Positions 40,323 to 49,641 of a DNA stretch of 64,000 nt are shown piece by piece (position 1 is the first letter of the stretch; the number at the start of each line of letters is the position of its first letter). The notes beneath the pieces were generated by a model, which was given only the letters and a program-made list of their open reading frames with translations, was not told the DNA's origin and made no database searches. The DNA is from Desulfovibrio sp. (GTDB taxonomy: Bacteria; Desulfobacterota; Desulfovibrionia; Desulfovibrionales; Desulfovibrionaceae), in NCBI GenBank assembly GCA_031291035.1, contig JAISLI010000026.1, positions 4,537-68,536 of the forward strand, given 5' to 3'. Position numbers and translations under genes: made by a program.

Positions 40323-41658
40323 GAGAGGATATCATTTTATTCGCGAGTTCAATATGTTTTGGCAATGTCGAAAGTATGCCGAACGGAATCCAAACTCCTT
40401 CATTACTTGGCAAAGACAAATGATAAAGAGCAATCATAAATTTATTTGCAAAAAGCATTATTTCAATTCTTTCTCCAGAATTTACTGCCATTAATGAATT
40501 CTTACTGACCATATTTCTATTAAATTTATTGTGAAAAATTTGTTCATGCTTTATATTATATTCTGTATCAAGCCATAAATTAATTTTTTTAACTTTACCA
40601 TTGTCACGAAACTCATGTATTGCATCGATAAATAGATGGTCTTTTCCCCAAAGCGCATAATCAGGTTTAACCCAGTCAACCTCATAATTTAATTTATTAT
40701 TTATACAAATTTCATTAATTTTATTAATGGTCTTTTTAATATTATTATCCAAATAAATATTACCAAAAAAGGATTCAACTCCATTTATTGTTTTTTGAGT
40801 ATTTACAAAATGTTTCTCATTAATAAGATATTTAATAATATTAAATGAATTATTATTAATATATTTACCTAAATAATGAATACCGAATTCGGCTATAAAT
40901 TTATTTAAACCAATATTATTTTTATCAAATATAACAATACGCCTACTGTCATTAGGCATTTTAGAAGTAATTTCCTTATTGAGCATATTTTTGAAATCTT
41001 GGCTTAAATTATCAATACTTTCACTAAAATTTCTTATGATATTTCCATCACTGTTAAGTGCAAAAGAAACAGGAATATTAATATATCCACCTCCAACAGA
41101 TTCAATATCTTCAATAGAATAAACACTAAAGGATTTTTCACGAATTTTATCGGCTCGAGTTGATGCTATTTCAGGGTATTGCCTATGGAATGCATCTTCT
41201 GCATATTTTTTGCTATTACTAATATTATTTTCAGGAATTTCAAGTAATATTGAAGTATCAATCTTATTTAAGAGTGAGCATGGAGGTAAAAAAATAAAAG
41301 TAAAAAGCTCAAAAACAACAGTATATTGATGCCGTTCGATTTTATTTAATCTAGGGTATTTACCTCCTGTGTCCTGAAAACGCTCTAAGGCATATTTTGT
41401 TAAACTGATTGTTTCTCCATTTAAATCTAAAAATCCTTGACGATGTAAAGATTCAACAACAGAAATAACTTCATTCGGTGTAAAACCAAAATATTTCCTC
41501 AATGATGCTATTGATATATTATCACAAATATATATTAACTTTAAACAAAATTCGGTCACTGCAGGTAGACGCTCATCTAATGCAATATTTGCAGAAATGC
41601 GAAATTTTTCAACAGGCAAAGAATATGTAATATGGTTAAATTCTACTACATCAGTCAT
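40255..41658 (-). CDS. Partner protein of the kinase-helicase (MkoB-like; N-terminal winged-helix-like region)
   Basis: 467 aa AT-rich ORF starting 1 nt after the helicase stop; YFGFT..EV..V..L...GF pattern; no HxK(x4)D. Confidence 0.75.
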   Translation of the reverse strand: MTDVVEFNHITYSLPVEKFRISANIALDERLPAVTEFCLKLIYICDNISIASLRKYFGFTPNEVISVVESLHRQGFLDLNGETISLTKYALERFQDTGGKYPRLNKIERHQYTVVFELFTFIFLPPCSLLNKIDTSILLEIPENNISNSKKYAEDAFHRQYPEIASTRADKIREKSFSVYSIEDIESVGGGYINIPVSFALNSDGNIIRNFSESIDNLSQDFKNMLNKEITSKMPNDSRRIVIFDKNNIGLNKFIAEFGIHYLGKYINNNSFNIIKYLINEKHFVNTQKTINGVESFFGNIYLDNNIKKTINKINEICINNKLNYEVDWVKPDYALWGKDHLFIDAIHEFRDNGKVKKINLWLDTEYNIKHEQIFHNKFNRNMVSKNSLMAVNSGERIEIMLFANKFMIALYHLSLPSNEGVWIPFGILSTLPKHIELANKMISSLKSYAPKQTSKCRCRPPRRKRN

Positions 41659-44600
41659 TTATTTAATCCCCCTAAGGTTTTCTGCATCAAAAATATTCGC
41701 GCGACCGTCAGTAGTTAATTCTTGCACTTTACTAAAAACCTTGCCTAACGGTGTTGATGAATTATCACCACTCCACATTTTTGAAGAGCCTACAATGATC
41801 AGGCGTTCCATGGCGCGTGAAATTGCGACATTGATTCTGTTCGGGCTATCCAAAAAACCATATTCAAAATCTTTATTATTTCTGACAGTTGAGAGAATAA
41901 TAATTTTATTTTCTTTCCCTTGGTAACTGTCGACTGTACCTACCTTAATCAACCCCTCAAGCTCAATCAAAGATTCTTCTTGTGATTTCAATTCCTCAAT
42001 TATATCACATTGTTTACTATACATACTAATTATGCCTATAGGTATTTCATGCTCACGTAAATTATCCCGCAGATATTTTAGGAAGTCTGCTGACGTGGAA
42101 AATTGCTGTAGTAAATTAATGATCATTTTGGCTTCTTTTTGATTCCATTTATCTTTACCAGAACTCTGTTCAAATCCATCTTTTCCAAGAGAAGCTGTGT
42201 CTATCCATATAATTTGTTTATCCAAAGGACATGATAAATAATTAAAATATTGAGGTGGATTTCCTCTACCTGTATCTAATTTATCTCCATAAAAACATGT
42301 TGAAACAAGTTCTCCAATATCTGCTGCCATGCGATACTGTGTTGTTAGTGTTACTCCAACTTTTTTCCCATAAGCGGAATTAAATATTCGCTCAAAATCA
42401 CTGTTAAATAACGGTGATGTTTGTGATAACGAATATCGTCTGCAAATGATATCTTTAACTTCTTGAGGAAATGTAGGCAGAAGTTGAAGGTGGTCCCCGA
42501 CCATAAGAATTCGTTTGCCAGCCTGTATGGCAACTGCTATTTCGCTTGATGTAGCACGTCCCGCCTCATCAATGATAACCCAATCGAAAATATTTTGGAG
42601 GACACCCGTACCACGATACCCGATCCCAACAAGTGTCCCTGCAACAACCGTCCTAGATTTAGCAAGAAATTCTGCAAAGTTTGATTTGCGCGAGCCCAAA
42701 ATTCTGCCCCATTCCCCAGAGAGACGAATCAGCTTTTTTAGTCGATCAACCGCATCTTGTGAGTGAACACCGTACTTGTTCATCAGCTCTTCTTCGAGCC
42801 TCTTGATTGTATCAATTAGAGAAAAATCTTTAGATAATCCATAATCATTTACGGAAATATCATAAAAAGCTTCAGTGTTTGATTTAATATGAGATTCAAG
42901 TAGATTTATATTGTTAGTATTGTCAGATTTACGTGATTCTAATTCATTAATATGCTCATAAATTGTAAAAAGTCTATGATAGATATCAATAAAATCGATA
43001 ATAAATTTTTTAGGGAGGCCTAAGTGTAGTACGACATCAATAATTCTTTCTTTTTGCTCTGCTTTGAATAATTCACGGTAAGATTGCTCAATGGATATTG
43101 CATGCAAATTATATATTTCTAAAGATGATCTAGATTCATCCCCCAGACGTACAGCGTTAAATTGTTCACCTTTACCTCGGCAAATTTCTTGGCTCTTTCC
43201 CAAGGCATTATTGACAGCTTCATGTGTTTGACTAACTAACAAAATATGACGAGCTTTTTCATGCTTCATCAAGTAATGCAGGAGGGTAGCAATAAACCAT
43301 GTTTTACCAGTTCCAGGTGGCCCTTGAACTAGGCTGATAGGCCCATTACTAAGTACCTTATTAAATGCCTTTCTCTGACTATTATTTAGTTGCCTACCGC
43401 CTTCAGAGTAGGAATCGAGCGTATCCTCCGTTGAAGCAATATGTTCCATAGGTTTATGCGCAGTTTTAGGTTCAAAGTATTCAACAAGATCAGGGATTAA
43501 TGCCTTTCCATCAAGTATATGTTGCATCGCGGATTGGCGTCGACTAAAAGACGCTATTTGTAGTGTACTTCTAAGCTGGAGTTGGCTGTCACGCGAAAGA
43601 TTTACGCGAGCATCAAAATCATCAATGACGAGTTGTTCTACCAATCCCTCTGGAGTATCTTTACGTTCTTTTAAATTAAGTATACCACAACGGCGCCAGT
43701 CATCTTTATCCTTCGTCTGACTAAAAACTAAGACTGTATCGGAATCCTGAAACTCATTAACCCATTTGTGACATTGCAATATAACCTGTTTGTCCTTTCT
43801 TTTTATACGTTTTATAATCCTAACTGTTACAAATGATGCTTCTTCAGCTTTAATTAATTCATTCCATAATTCTGAAATTGAGACATGTATTTCATTTGAA
43901 TAATCTTCTGTATCTATTTTTATTTCATCAAAACTATCTTTATGGTTTGAGACCCCGTATATTTTATCATGAATTGTTTTATTTGTTAATAAATATTGAA
44001 TTAAATCATCTATTGAGTCATCTTTATCTTTTAATATGTCAATATATAATGGAATATGCATATCTTTCCGTCTTTGTGATTCAAATAATAAATTTTGAGG
44101 TATTTTTTTAGAAGTTAATTTATTAGTTTTTTGTTTAATAAAATTCCATGAGCAATATAATCTTCTGTCAATTCCAGTTATTGTAAACATAATACTATTT
44201 TCAAAATTTTTATCTTTATTGACTTCAACATAAAAATTACCATTAACTTGACGCATTTTAAATGATTTTTCTTCAATATTCTTCAATTTAACAGTAAATT
44301 TGGGTATTTCTTGAGTTTCAACTTTTGTAGCAGCCACAACTGCGCGAGACAATGGTTCTAGGCTTGACAGCGTATTAGCTTCTAAAAGATTAGAAATTTC
44401 TTTATAGATTTGTGGAATTGGATATATCCCTGTTTCTGGGTTTTCTATTGTACTGGAATAGCCAAGAATATCTTTTAAAATAGCTGCAATACTATATCTA
44501 TCGCGCTCGATCTGGCTTAATGATTTATAATTATCTGGTAAATATGCCGTTGTGTATTGATCATTTGTATTAATGCGAAAATCAAGAATATCAATTAATA

Positions 44601-46479
44601 TAGCAATATCGTCATCTTTAATGATAATGTTTTGTGGGTGTAAATCTCCATGTGCTAGTTCTAGCACATGGATACGTTCAATTGTATCAATTATGGAATG
44701 GGATAAAATTAGGCGTTTCTCAAAAGAAGGGTTTGTATTAAGCCAATCAGTTAGATTTTTACCTTCTACCCATTCCAGCACAAGCAATAAGCTACGTCGA
44801 GAAAGGCCAAAATCGTATATTTTTGGCAGGCCTGAAATATCACAGGATTTAATATCCCTTGCTCGCTCAAGGAAGGATAGAAGGTGTCTCGCTTGGTCTG
44901 GGTTCTTGTCATCTAGGCTAATTCCATACCACACTTTAACAAGTTTCGTTCCGTCAGTTGTTCTAAAAAATAGAGCGTCATTGCTATCTTCGATGGTGTC
45001 GATATACTCATAGTCCCGTTCACGGGTAACTGCCTCAAAGGCGGCAAACATTGTAGGGTCAATAATCTGTGCTTGCTTACGATCATCGGTTGCGGCATTA
45101 AAGGCTTCAAGCATTTCACGAGCATTTTGGAAACTTTTTCCTGGGTCTGAGTTCAATGCTTTGGCAAAAAATACATCCAAATCGCCGTGTAATGGCTCTT
45201 CCGCCCTAGCACTCCACTCAAAAATACCGCGTGGTTTTGGGGGGGCTTCGCCGTACAGTAAAAGATATACGACAACACCTAGCATAAAGACATCCTGCTC
45301 ATATGGTGTTGCAGATGGTGGGTATATACTCTGCTCTACCTTGATTTTTTTACTTAATGCCCCAACCGTTTGCATTGTAGGAAAGTCTGCCGCCTGGAAA
45401 CCTGACATAACAATTTTTGCTGGGAGGTCAAGCCACAGACTATGTTGTCCAATATCGCGATGTGCTATTTTTAAATCATGCAAATCTGCAAAGCGTGAGA
45501 GTAGTGTTTTAATAAGAAGAAGACGATCTTCTTGAGACAGACCCGCAAGTTTACGTGGAAATTCCTCTAAGCGTGTTATTTTATTAGGAAGAAAATAAAT
45601 TTCTTGGAAATTAATTGTTACATCATTTTCTACGTTCCGTGTTACTGGACGTAACAAGCTGCTGAGCAATTCCTCATTTATTGCTTCTACATGTTCAAAG
45701 ATACGTTGTTCACGTAAACCAATAAATGCACGATCTTTTTCGCCAATTAACTCAACTCCTGGTGCGTTAAAATTCCATGCTCTTAGTAACGCCAGCTTTT
45801 TAAAATCATCTTTTGCGTACGCTTTAAATTCTTTATAAAGTTCTTTTGGATGTTCAAAAATCGGGGAGTCACCAGGGCAAAAACCATTAATATAGTAGTT
45901 TTTTGGCTTAAAATTAGATCCTCTAAAAAATTTGTCGTAATCAACTAGATAGTTAAGTGGATTAATATTAGACTTAGACTGTTTAAAATAATCTTTATAA
46001 ATAGCATTATATCTCCAATTAAGTATATCTTTCATATTAAGAACATTCAGCTTTTCTTCATCAGGTAAAGTTATGGTTTCAATATCCCCATGAAGGACAA
46101 CATATGCATAAATGAAAGGGGTCATCTTCCGACCTAACTTCTGTGTCATTTTAGAAGCCAGTTTTTTTGCATTGAGGTTGGATTTTTTTACAGGAGAAGT
46201 ATCTTTACGCTCTCCATCGACATACCATTCCTGTCCGTCAGATTTAAGCACCTTACCGTGCCAGTTTTTAAGCTCAATGACAACTATGTTTGTATGTGTA
46301 ATCAAAACAAGGTCAAAATCATCATCTCCAGCCCCGCGTTGTTGCCGAACTAGAGCGAATGACGCATAACCTTTCCAGTGTTTGCTGAATGGAGTACTAT
46401 CAAAAGCTTTCTTTATTTGTTGATGGGCCTCACGTTCAGCTTGAGGGACTCCATTTTGTTTTAATGGGACAATTTCCAT
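41659..46479 (-). CDS. NERD-kinase-kinase-SF1 (Upf1-like) helicase, MkoA-like defence protein
   Basis: NERD DFDLVLIT..IVVIELKNW; kinase 1 AHRDIG; kinase 2 LVK, HGDLHPQN; helicase QGPPGTGKT, IIDEAG, VGDHLQL, QYRM, TVDSYQGKE, NRINVAISRA. Confidence 0.9.
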   Translation of the reverse strand: MEIVPLKQNGVPQAEREAHQQIKKAFDSTPFSKHWKGYASFALVRQQRGAGDDDFDLVLITHTNIVVIELKNWHGKVLKSDGQEWYVDGERKDTSPVKKSNLNAKKLASKMTQKLGRKMTPFIYAYVVLHGDIETITLPDEEKLNVLNMKDILNWRYNAIYKDYFKQSKSNINPLNYLVDYDKFFRGSNFKPKNYYINGFCPGDSPIFEHPKELYKEFKAYAKDDFKKLALLRAWNFNAPGVELIGEKDRAFIGLREQRIFEHVEAINEELLSSLLRPVTRNVENDVTINFQEIYFLPNKITRLEEFPRKLAGLSQEDRLLLIKTLLSRFADLHDLKIAHRDIGQHSLWLDLPAKIVMSGFQAADFPTMQTVGALSKKIKVEQSIYPPSATPYEQDVFMLGVVVYLLLYGEAPPKPRGIFEWSARAEEPLHGDLDVFFAKALNSDPGKSFQNAREMLEAFNAATDDRKQAQIIDPTMFAAFEAVTRERDYEYIDTIEDSNDALFFRTTDGTKLVKVWYGISLDDKNPDQARHLLSFLERARDIKSCDISGLPKIYDFGLSRRSLLLVLEWVEGKNLTDWLNTNPSFEKRLILSHSIIDTIERIHVLELAHGDLHPQNIIIKDDDIAILIDILDFRINTNDQYTTAYLPDNYKSLSQIERDRYSIAAILKDILGYSSTIENPETGIYPIPQIYKEISNLLEANTLSSLEPLSRAVVAATKVETQEIPKFTVKLKNIEEKSFKMRQVNGNFYVEVNKDKNFENSIMFTITGIDRRLYCSWNFIKQKTNKLTSKKIPQNLLFESQRRKDMHIPLYIDILKDKDDSIDDLIQYLLTNKTIHDKIYGVSNHKDSFDEIKIDTEDYSNEIHVSISELWNELIKAEEASFVTVRIIKRIKRKDKQVILQCHKWVNEFQDSDTVLVFSQTKDKDDWRRCGILNLKERKDTPEGLVEQLVIDDFDARVNLSRDSQLQLRSTLQIASFSRRQSAMQHILDGKALIPDLVEYFEPKTAHKPMEHIASTEDTLDSYSEGGRQLNNSQRKAFNKVLSNGPISLVQGPPGTGKTWFIATLLHYLMKHEKARHILLVSQTHEAVNNALGKSQEICRGKGEQFNAVRLGDESRSSLEIYNLHAISIEQSYRELFKAEQKERIIDVVLHLGLPKKFIIDFIDIYHRLFTIYEHINELESRKSDNTNNINLLESHIKSNTEAFYDISVNDYGLSKDFSLIDTIKRLEEELMNKYGVHSQDAVDRLKKLIRLSGEWGRILGSRKSNFAEFLAKSRTVVAGTLVGIGYRGTGVLQNIFDWVIIDEAGRATSSEIAVAIQAGKRILMVGDHLQLLPTFPQEVKDIICRRYSLSQTSPLFNSDFERIFNSAYGKKVGVTLTTQYRMAADIGELVSTCFYGDKLDTGRGNPPQYFNYLSCPLDKQIIWIDTASLGKDGFEQSSGKDKWNQKEAKMIINLLQQFSTSADFLKYLRDNLREHEIPIGIISMYSKQCDIIEELKSQEESLIELEGLIKVGTVDSYQGKENKIIILSTVRNNKDFEYGFLDSPNRINVAISRAMERLIIVGSSKMWSGDNSSTPLGKVFSKVQELTTDGRANIFDAENLRGIK

Positions 46480-46634
46480 TTTTTCCTCAGATAGCTTTGC
46501 AAATTTAACATAAACATAATTAAAACACGATGTTAAATAACAGTAACAACGACTGTGGGTATTGTAAATATAAATCTGGCAAATGACAAGAGTACGTCAA
46601 AACGTAATATATTGGCACAGTTCGCTTCAAGCTG

Positions 46635-47312
46635 GTGCCGGTTTTTCCCGCTGAAAAGCGCGAAAGATACGTCCCTTCTGATGATGACGTTGTGAAGGTT
46701 ATTCTTTTGGCGAAGGGACAAGACTTGGTAATGTTGATGTTGTTTTACTACACAGGTGCGAGGGCGGGCGAAGTTTTTCGGCTGAAATGGGATGACATTG
46801 ATTTTCCCGGAAACAGAATCCGCCTGATCGACCACAAGACGAAAGGCGGCGGCAAGCGGGAGAGATGGCTTCCCTTGCATTCAGAACTTGTGAAAGCTCT
46901 TCTCTGGTGGCAGGCGGAGCGGCCATGCCGCGCGGAACCGGTTTTCTTCCAGACGGAAAACAAAACGCACTTGGGAGAACCGTTCACGCACAGAAGCCAT
47001 TTTATGCCGGCACTTTGCAGACGTGCCGGTGTAAAGCCCTTTGGTTTTTATTCCTTGCGGCACAAGAGTGCAACCATTGCTTTTTCGACTCAAGGCTTGG
47101 GCGCGGCTCAAATGCTGATGGGGCATTACCGGGCAACGACTACAGACGGATACATCAAGAGTTTCGGGCAATACGCGGATCGCGTTACCGTAGTTGATGC
47201 TTTGGCAGGTTGTACTGTAGGATTGGCTTTAGGCAACCATTTCGATGAAATGGCAATGCCTCAGAAGAAGCAATCTTCTGAGGCATTTTGTAAATCGGCA
47301 CTTGTAAATTAG
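46635..47312 (+). pseudogene. Tyrosine integrase, catalytic domain only (N-terminus missing)
   Basis: YTGARAGE, KTK, FYSLRH, LMGH, TDGY; in-frame stop at 46605; points at the tRNA-Glu 3' end. Confidence 0.85.
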
Positions 47313-47355
47313 CGAGTGCCATATTCAAAAGGCATGTGCAACCCTTTGAAATTCT

Positions 47356-47432
47356 TGGCGTCCCCAAGCGGATTCGAACCGCTGTTGACGGCGTGAAAGG
47401 CCGTTGTCCTGGGCCGACTAGACGATGGGGAC
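47356..47432 (-). tRNA. tRNA-Glu (TTC)
   Basis: GTCCCCA acceptor, anticodon arm ACGGC-CTTTCAC-GCCGT, GTTCGAATC, encoded CCA. Confidence 0.97.
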
Positions 47433-47455
47433 GTTGTCTTAGTTGTCTTACATGT

Positions 47456-47530
47456 TGGCTGGGCTGCTAGGACTCGAACCTAGATTAGCGGAGCCAGAAT
47501 CCGCCGTCCTGCCAATTGAACGACAACCCA
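47456..47530 (-). tRNA. tRNA-Gln (CTG)
   Basis: Anticodon arm GCGGA-TTCTGGC-TCCGC, GGTTCGAGTCC, encoded CCA. Confidence 0.97.
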
Positions 47531-47545
47531 ATAACGTAATTTTTA

Positions 47546-47574
47546 ACTATAGACGAATTGCAGCGGGATGTCAA
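47546..47574 (-). promoter_or_regulatory. sigma70 promoter of the tRNA pair
   Basis: TTGACA-17 nt-TATAGT, 15 nt upstream of tRNA-Gln. Confidence 0.85.
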
Positions 47575-47746
47575 GTTTTTGTTGCTTTCGTCCAGCAATT
47601 CTATGTATAGACCCGCCTCGCGAGTCAAGGTTTTTTTGAGTTTTCGAATCGAATGCAATCCATGTATCTGACATCTTTTACGGGAAAGACCGTTGCACAA
47701 TAAAGTGACGTTACATATTGAAAAAATTGGATAAATTTATAAAAAG

Positions 47747-47936
47747 CCTAGAGAATTTTGCTATTGAAAATATCTACAGCTTTCAAGCCACCCCCGCGCG
47801 TTTGAAGGCGTTATGCATTCGAAAACTTCCTTGACTGCTATGCTTCTACAGCCCTTTCTCGAGTGTCTTTGCTTGCTATTGACATGCAGGTATTCTAAAT
47901 AAATTTTAGATAATTTCAATAGCAAATTGCTCTAGG
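47747..47936. mobile_element. 190-bp MITE with 25-bp terminal inverted repeats
   Basis: CCTAGAGAATTTTGCTATTGAAAAT vs AATTTCAATAGCAAATTGCTCTAGG (22/25 match as inverted repeats); CTAG at both ends; AT-rich non-coding interior. Confidence 0.8.
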
Positions 47937-49620
47937 GCCTGCTCTGACGCGATTCCTCCGGAGCGTCCGGCGCGGCTACAGGTTTCGCCGGCGCGTCGGC
48001 CCGCTCCGGCTGTTCCGGCTTTGGCGCGGCTTCCCGCCCCGCGCCTGCTTCCGCGGGAGCGGGAGCGCCCTGTTCCCGCGACAGGGCCTTTTTTTCAGGT
48101 CCGTCCCGCCGCCACAACATACTGCCATAGTTGAGGCAGAACCGGGGTTCAAGCCACAACATGACCGGCTGGGCCAGAGCGGCCGCCAGCAGAGTACATG
48201 CGAGCAGGGAACCGGCGGGTTTTGCCAGATTTGTGAAACGGACAAGAATGAAGGCCGCCGCCAGGCAACAGAGTCCAATCCCCGGCAAGGCCATATCCCC
48301 CGAGAGTTCGGGCGGCAAGGCCATGTTGAAGGTCCGCGCGAGCCAGTCCCCCGAATGGCTGAAACTCAACGCCGTCATCCCCGCAGCCGAAACAAGCAGA
48401 CAGAGAACCACAAACGAATAGAAAAACCGGCTGCCGAAATTCGAAAGGCGCAACAGGGCCTTGCCCAGAAGGAGGGCCGCCAGGGCGCAGAGCGTTATAC
48501 CCGGTCCGGCGGGGCCGGACGCGAGCGGGGCCAGCAGCGCGGCGCAGGCGAGAGCAATCCAGACAAAAGCGGCTCCGGCACGCTCCGCCCGCGCCACTTT
48601 GAGGGTTGTTGCCGCCTCGCGGGCCACACGGGTCCAGGAGACAAAAACGACAAGGGCCAACCAGGGCAAAAGCCCCAAAAGGGCCGCGCCGGCATCAGGC
48701 AAGGCGCGCCGTCGGAAATCCGCCCCCGTATTTCCCAAAGGCAAAAGGTCGGCGCGCAGGCGCCGGAAATATTCGTCGGCATTTCCCCAGAGCATCACAG
48801 CGCCGAGCCAGGCCGCGATCAACGCAAGGCACAAGGCAAAGCCGAACACGGCGTCGAACTTTTGCGCGCGCTGAACGCGGCCGAGCCAGCAAAGAAAAAC
48901 CAATGATCCCAAAAAAGGCAGAAGCAGATAGTACGGCCCCCCCGTAAGGGCGGCCAGCGCGGCGAGCAGACAACCCGAGGGGACGGCAAGGCCGGACGCC
49001 TCCCTTTGCCAACCTCGGCAAAAACAGCAAAGGGAAAACAGGGTCAGCGCGACCGCCAAAATTTCCGGCCCGGTAAAATTTGCGAGCAGCGCGGAAACCG
49101 GCGCGCAAAGCAATATCAGACCGGCCGACAGCGCCGCGCGCGGGCCGAGACGGGCTGCGAGGCCCAAACACCAGACGCCCAGCAGCGTCAGGAGTGCGCA
49201 AAAAGCGCTCAGCCCCGCGAGCAGCGCCGGGAAGGCGGTTATTTCGCCAAAGTATCCCGCGCATTTCAGAATGATTGTAAAAAGGGCGGAAAAACCCGGC
49301 CATTGGGCCACCCCTCCGGCGGAAGGGGCCGGCCAGGCTCCCTGTTCCATGACATGCCGCAAAATTCGGCCGCTCTCCGGATCAGACGGGAAACAGGGCG
49401 TCCTGCCCAAAAATGCCGGCCAGACATACAGCGCGAACACACAGATCAGAAGCAGCGGCCCCAGGCGGCTTGCTCCCTCAAAGCATTGTTGCAGCCGGCC
49501 ATCCCTTGCCGACGAATCGCATCCAGCCTCCCCGGCTTCCGCGGCATCCGCGATTTCCGCGACAGAAACATTTTCATTTTCGGCGGTTCCGGGCCTCGCG
49601 TCCGGGGCATTTTCTCCCAT
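47932..49620 (-). CDS. Polytopic membrane protein, ArnT/GT39-like
   Basis: Many TM helices; AALTGGP, PWLAL patterns. Confidence 0.55.
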   Translation of the reverse strand: MGENAPDARPGTAENENVSVAEIADAAEAGEAGCDSSARDGRLQQCFEGASRLGPLLLICVFALYVWPAFLGRTPCFPSDPESGRILRHVMEQGAWPAPSAGGVAQWPGFSALFTIILKCAGYFGEITAFPALLAGLSAFCALLTLLGVWCLGLAARLGPRAALSAGLILLCAPVSALLANFTGPEILAVALTLFSLCCFCRGWQREASGLAVPSGCLLAALAALTGGPYYLLLPFLGSLVFLCWLGRVQRAQKFDAVFGFALCLALIAAWLGAVMLWGNADEYFRRLRADLLPLGNTGADFRRRALPDAGAALLGLLPWLALVVFVSWTRVAREAATTLKVARAERAGAAFVWIALACAALLAPLASGPAGPGITLCALAALLLGKALLRLSNFGSRFFYSFVVLCLLVSAAGMTALSFSHSGDWLARTFNMALPPELSGDMALPGIGLCCLAAAFILVRFTNLAKPAGSLLACTLLAAALAQPVMLWLEPRFCLNYGSMLWRRDGPEKKALSREQGAPAPAEAGAGREAAPKPEQPERADAPAKPVAAPDAPEESRQSRP

Positions 49621-49641
49621 ATCACCACTCCTTTCGTGTGG

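Noticed and set aside
39724-40330. attL copy of the tRNA-Glu 3' end
   Set aside because: No match to TGGCGTCCCCAAGCGG or its complement seen
40540-40640. HNK in the partner protein as a PLD HKD motif
   Set aside because: Followed by FNRNM rather than hydrophobic residues and Asp
46533-47367. Small minus-strand and alternate-frame ORFs over the integrase
   Set aside because: Shadows of the integrase frame; no motifs
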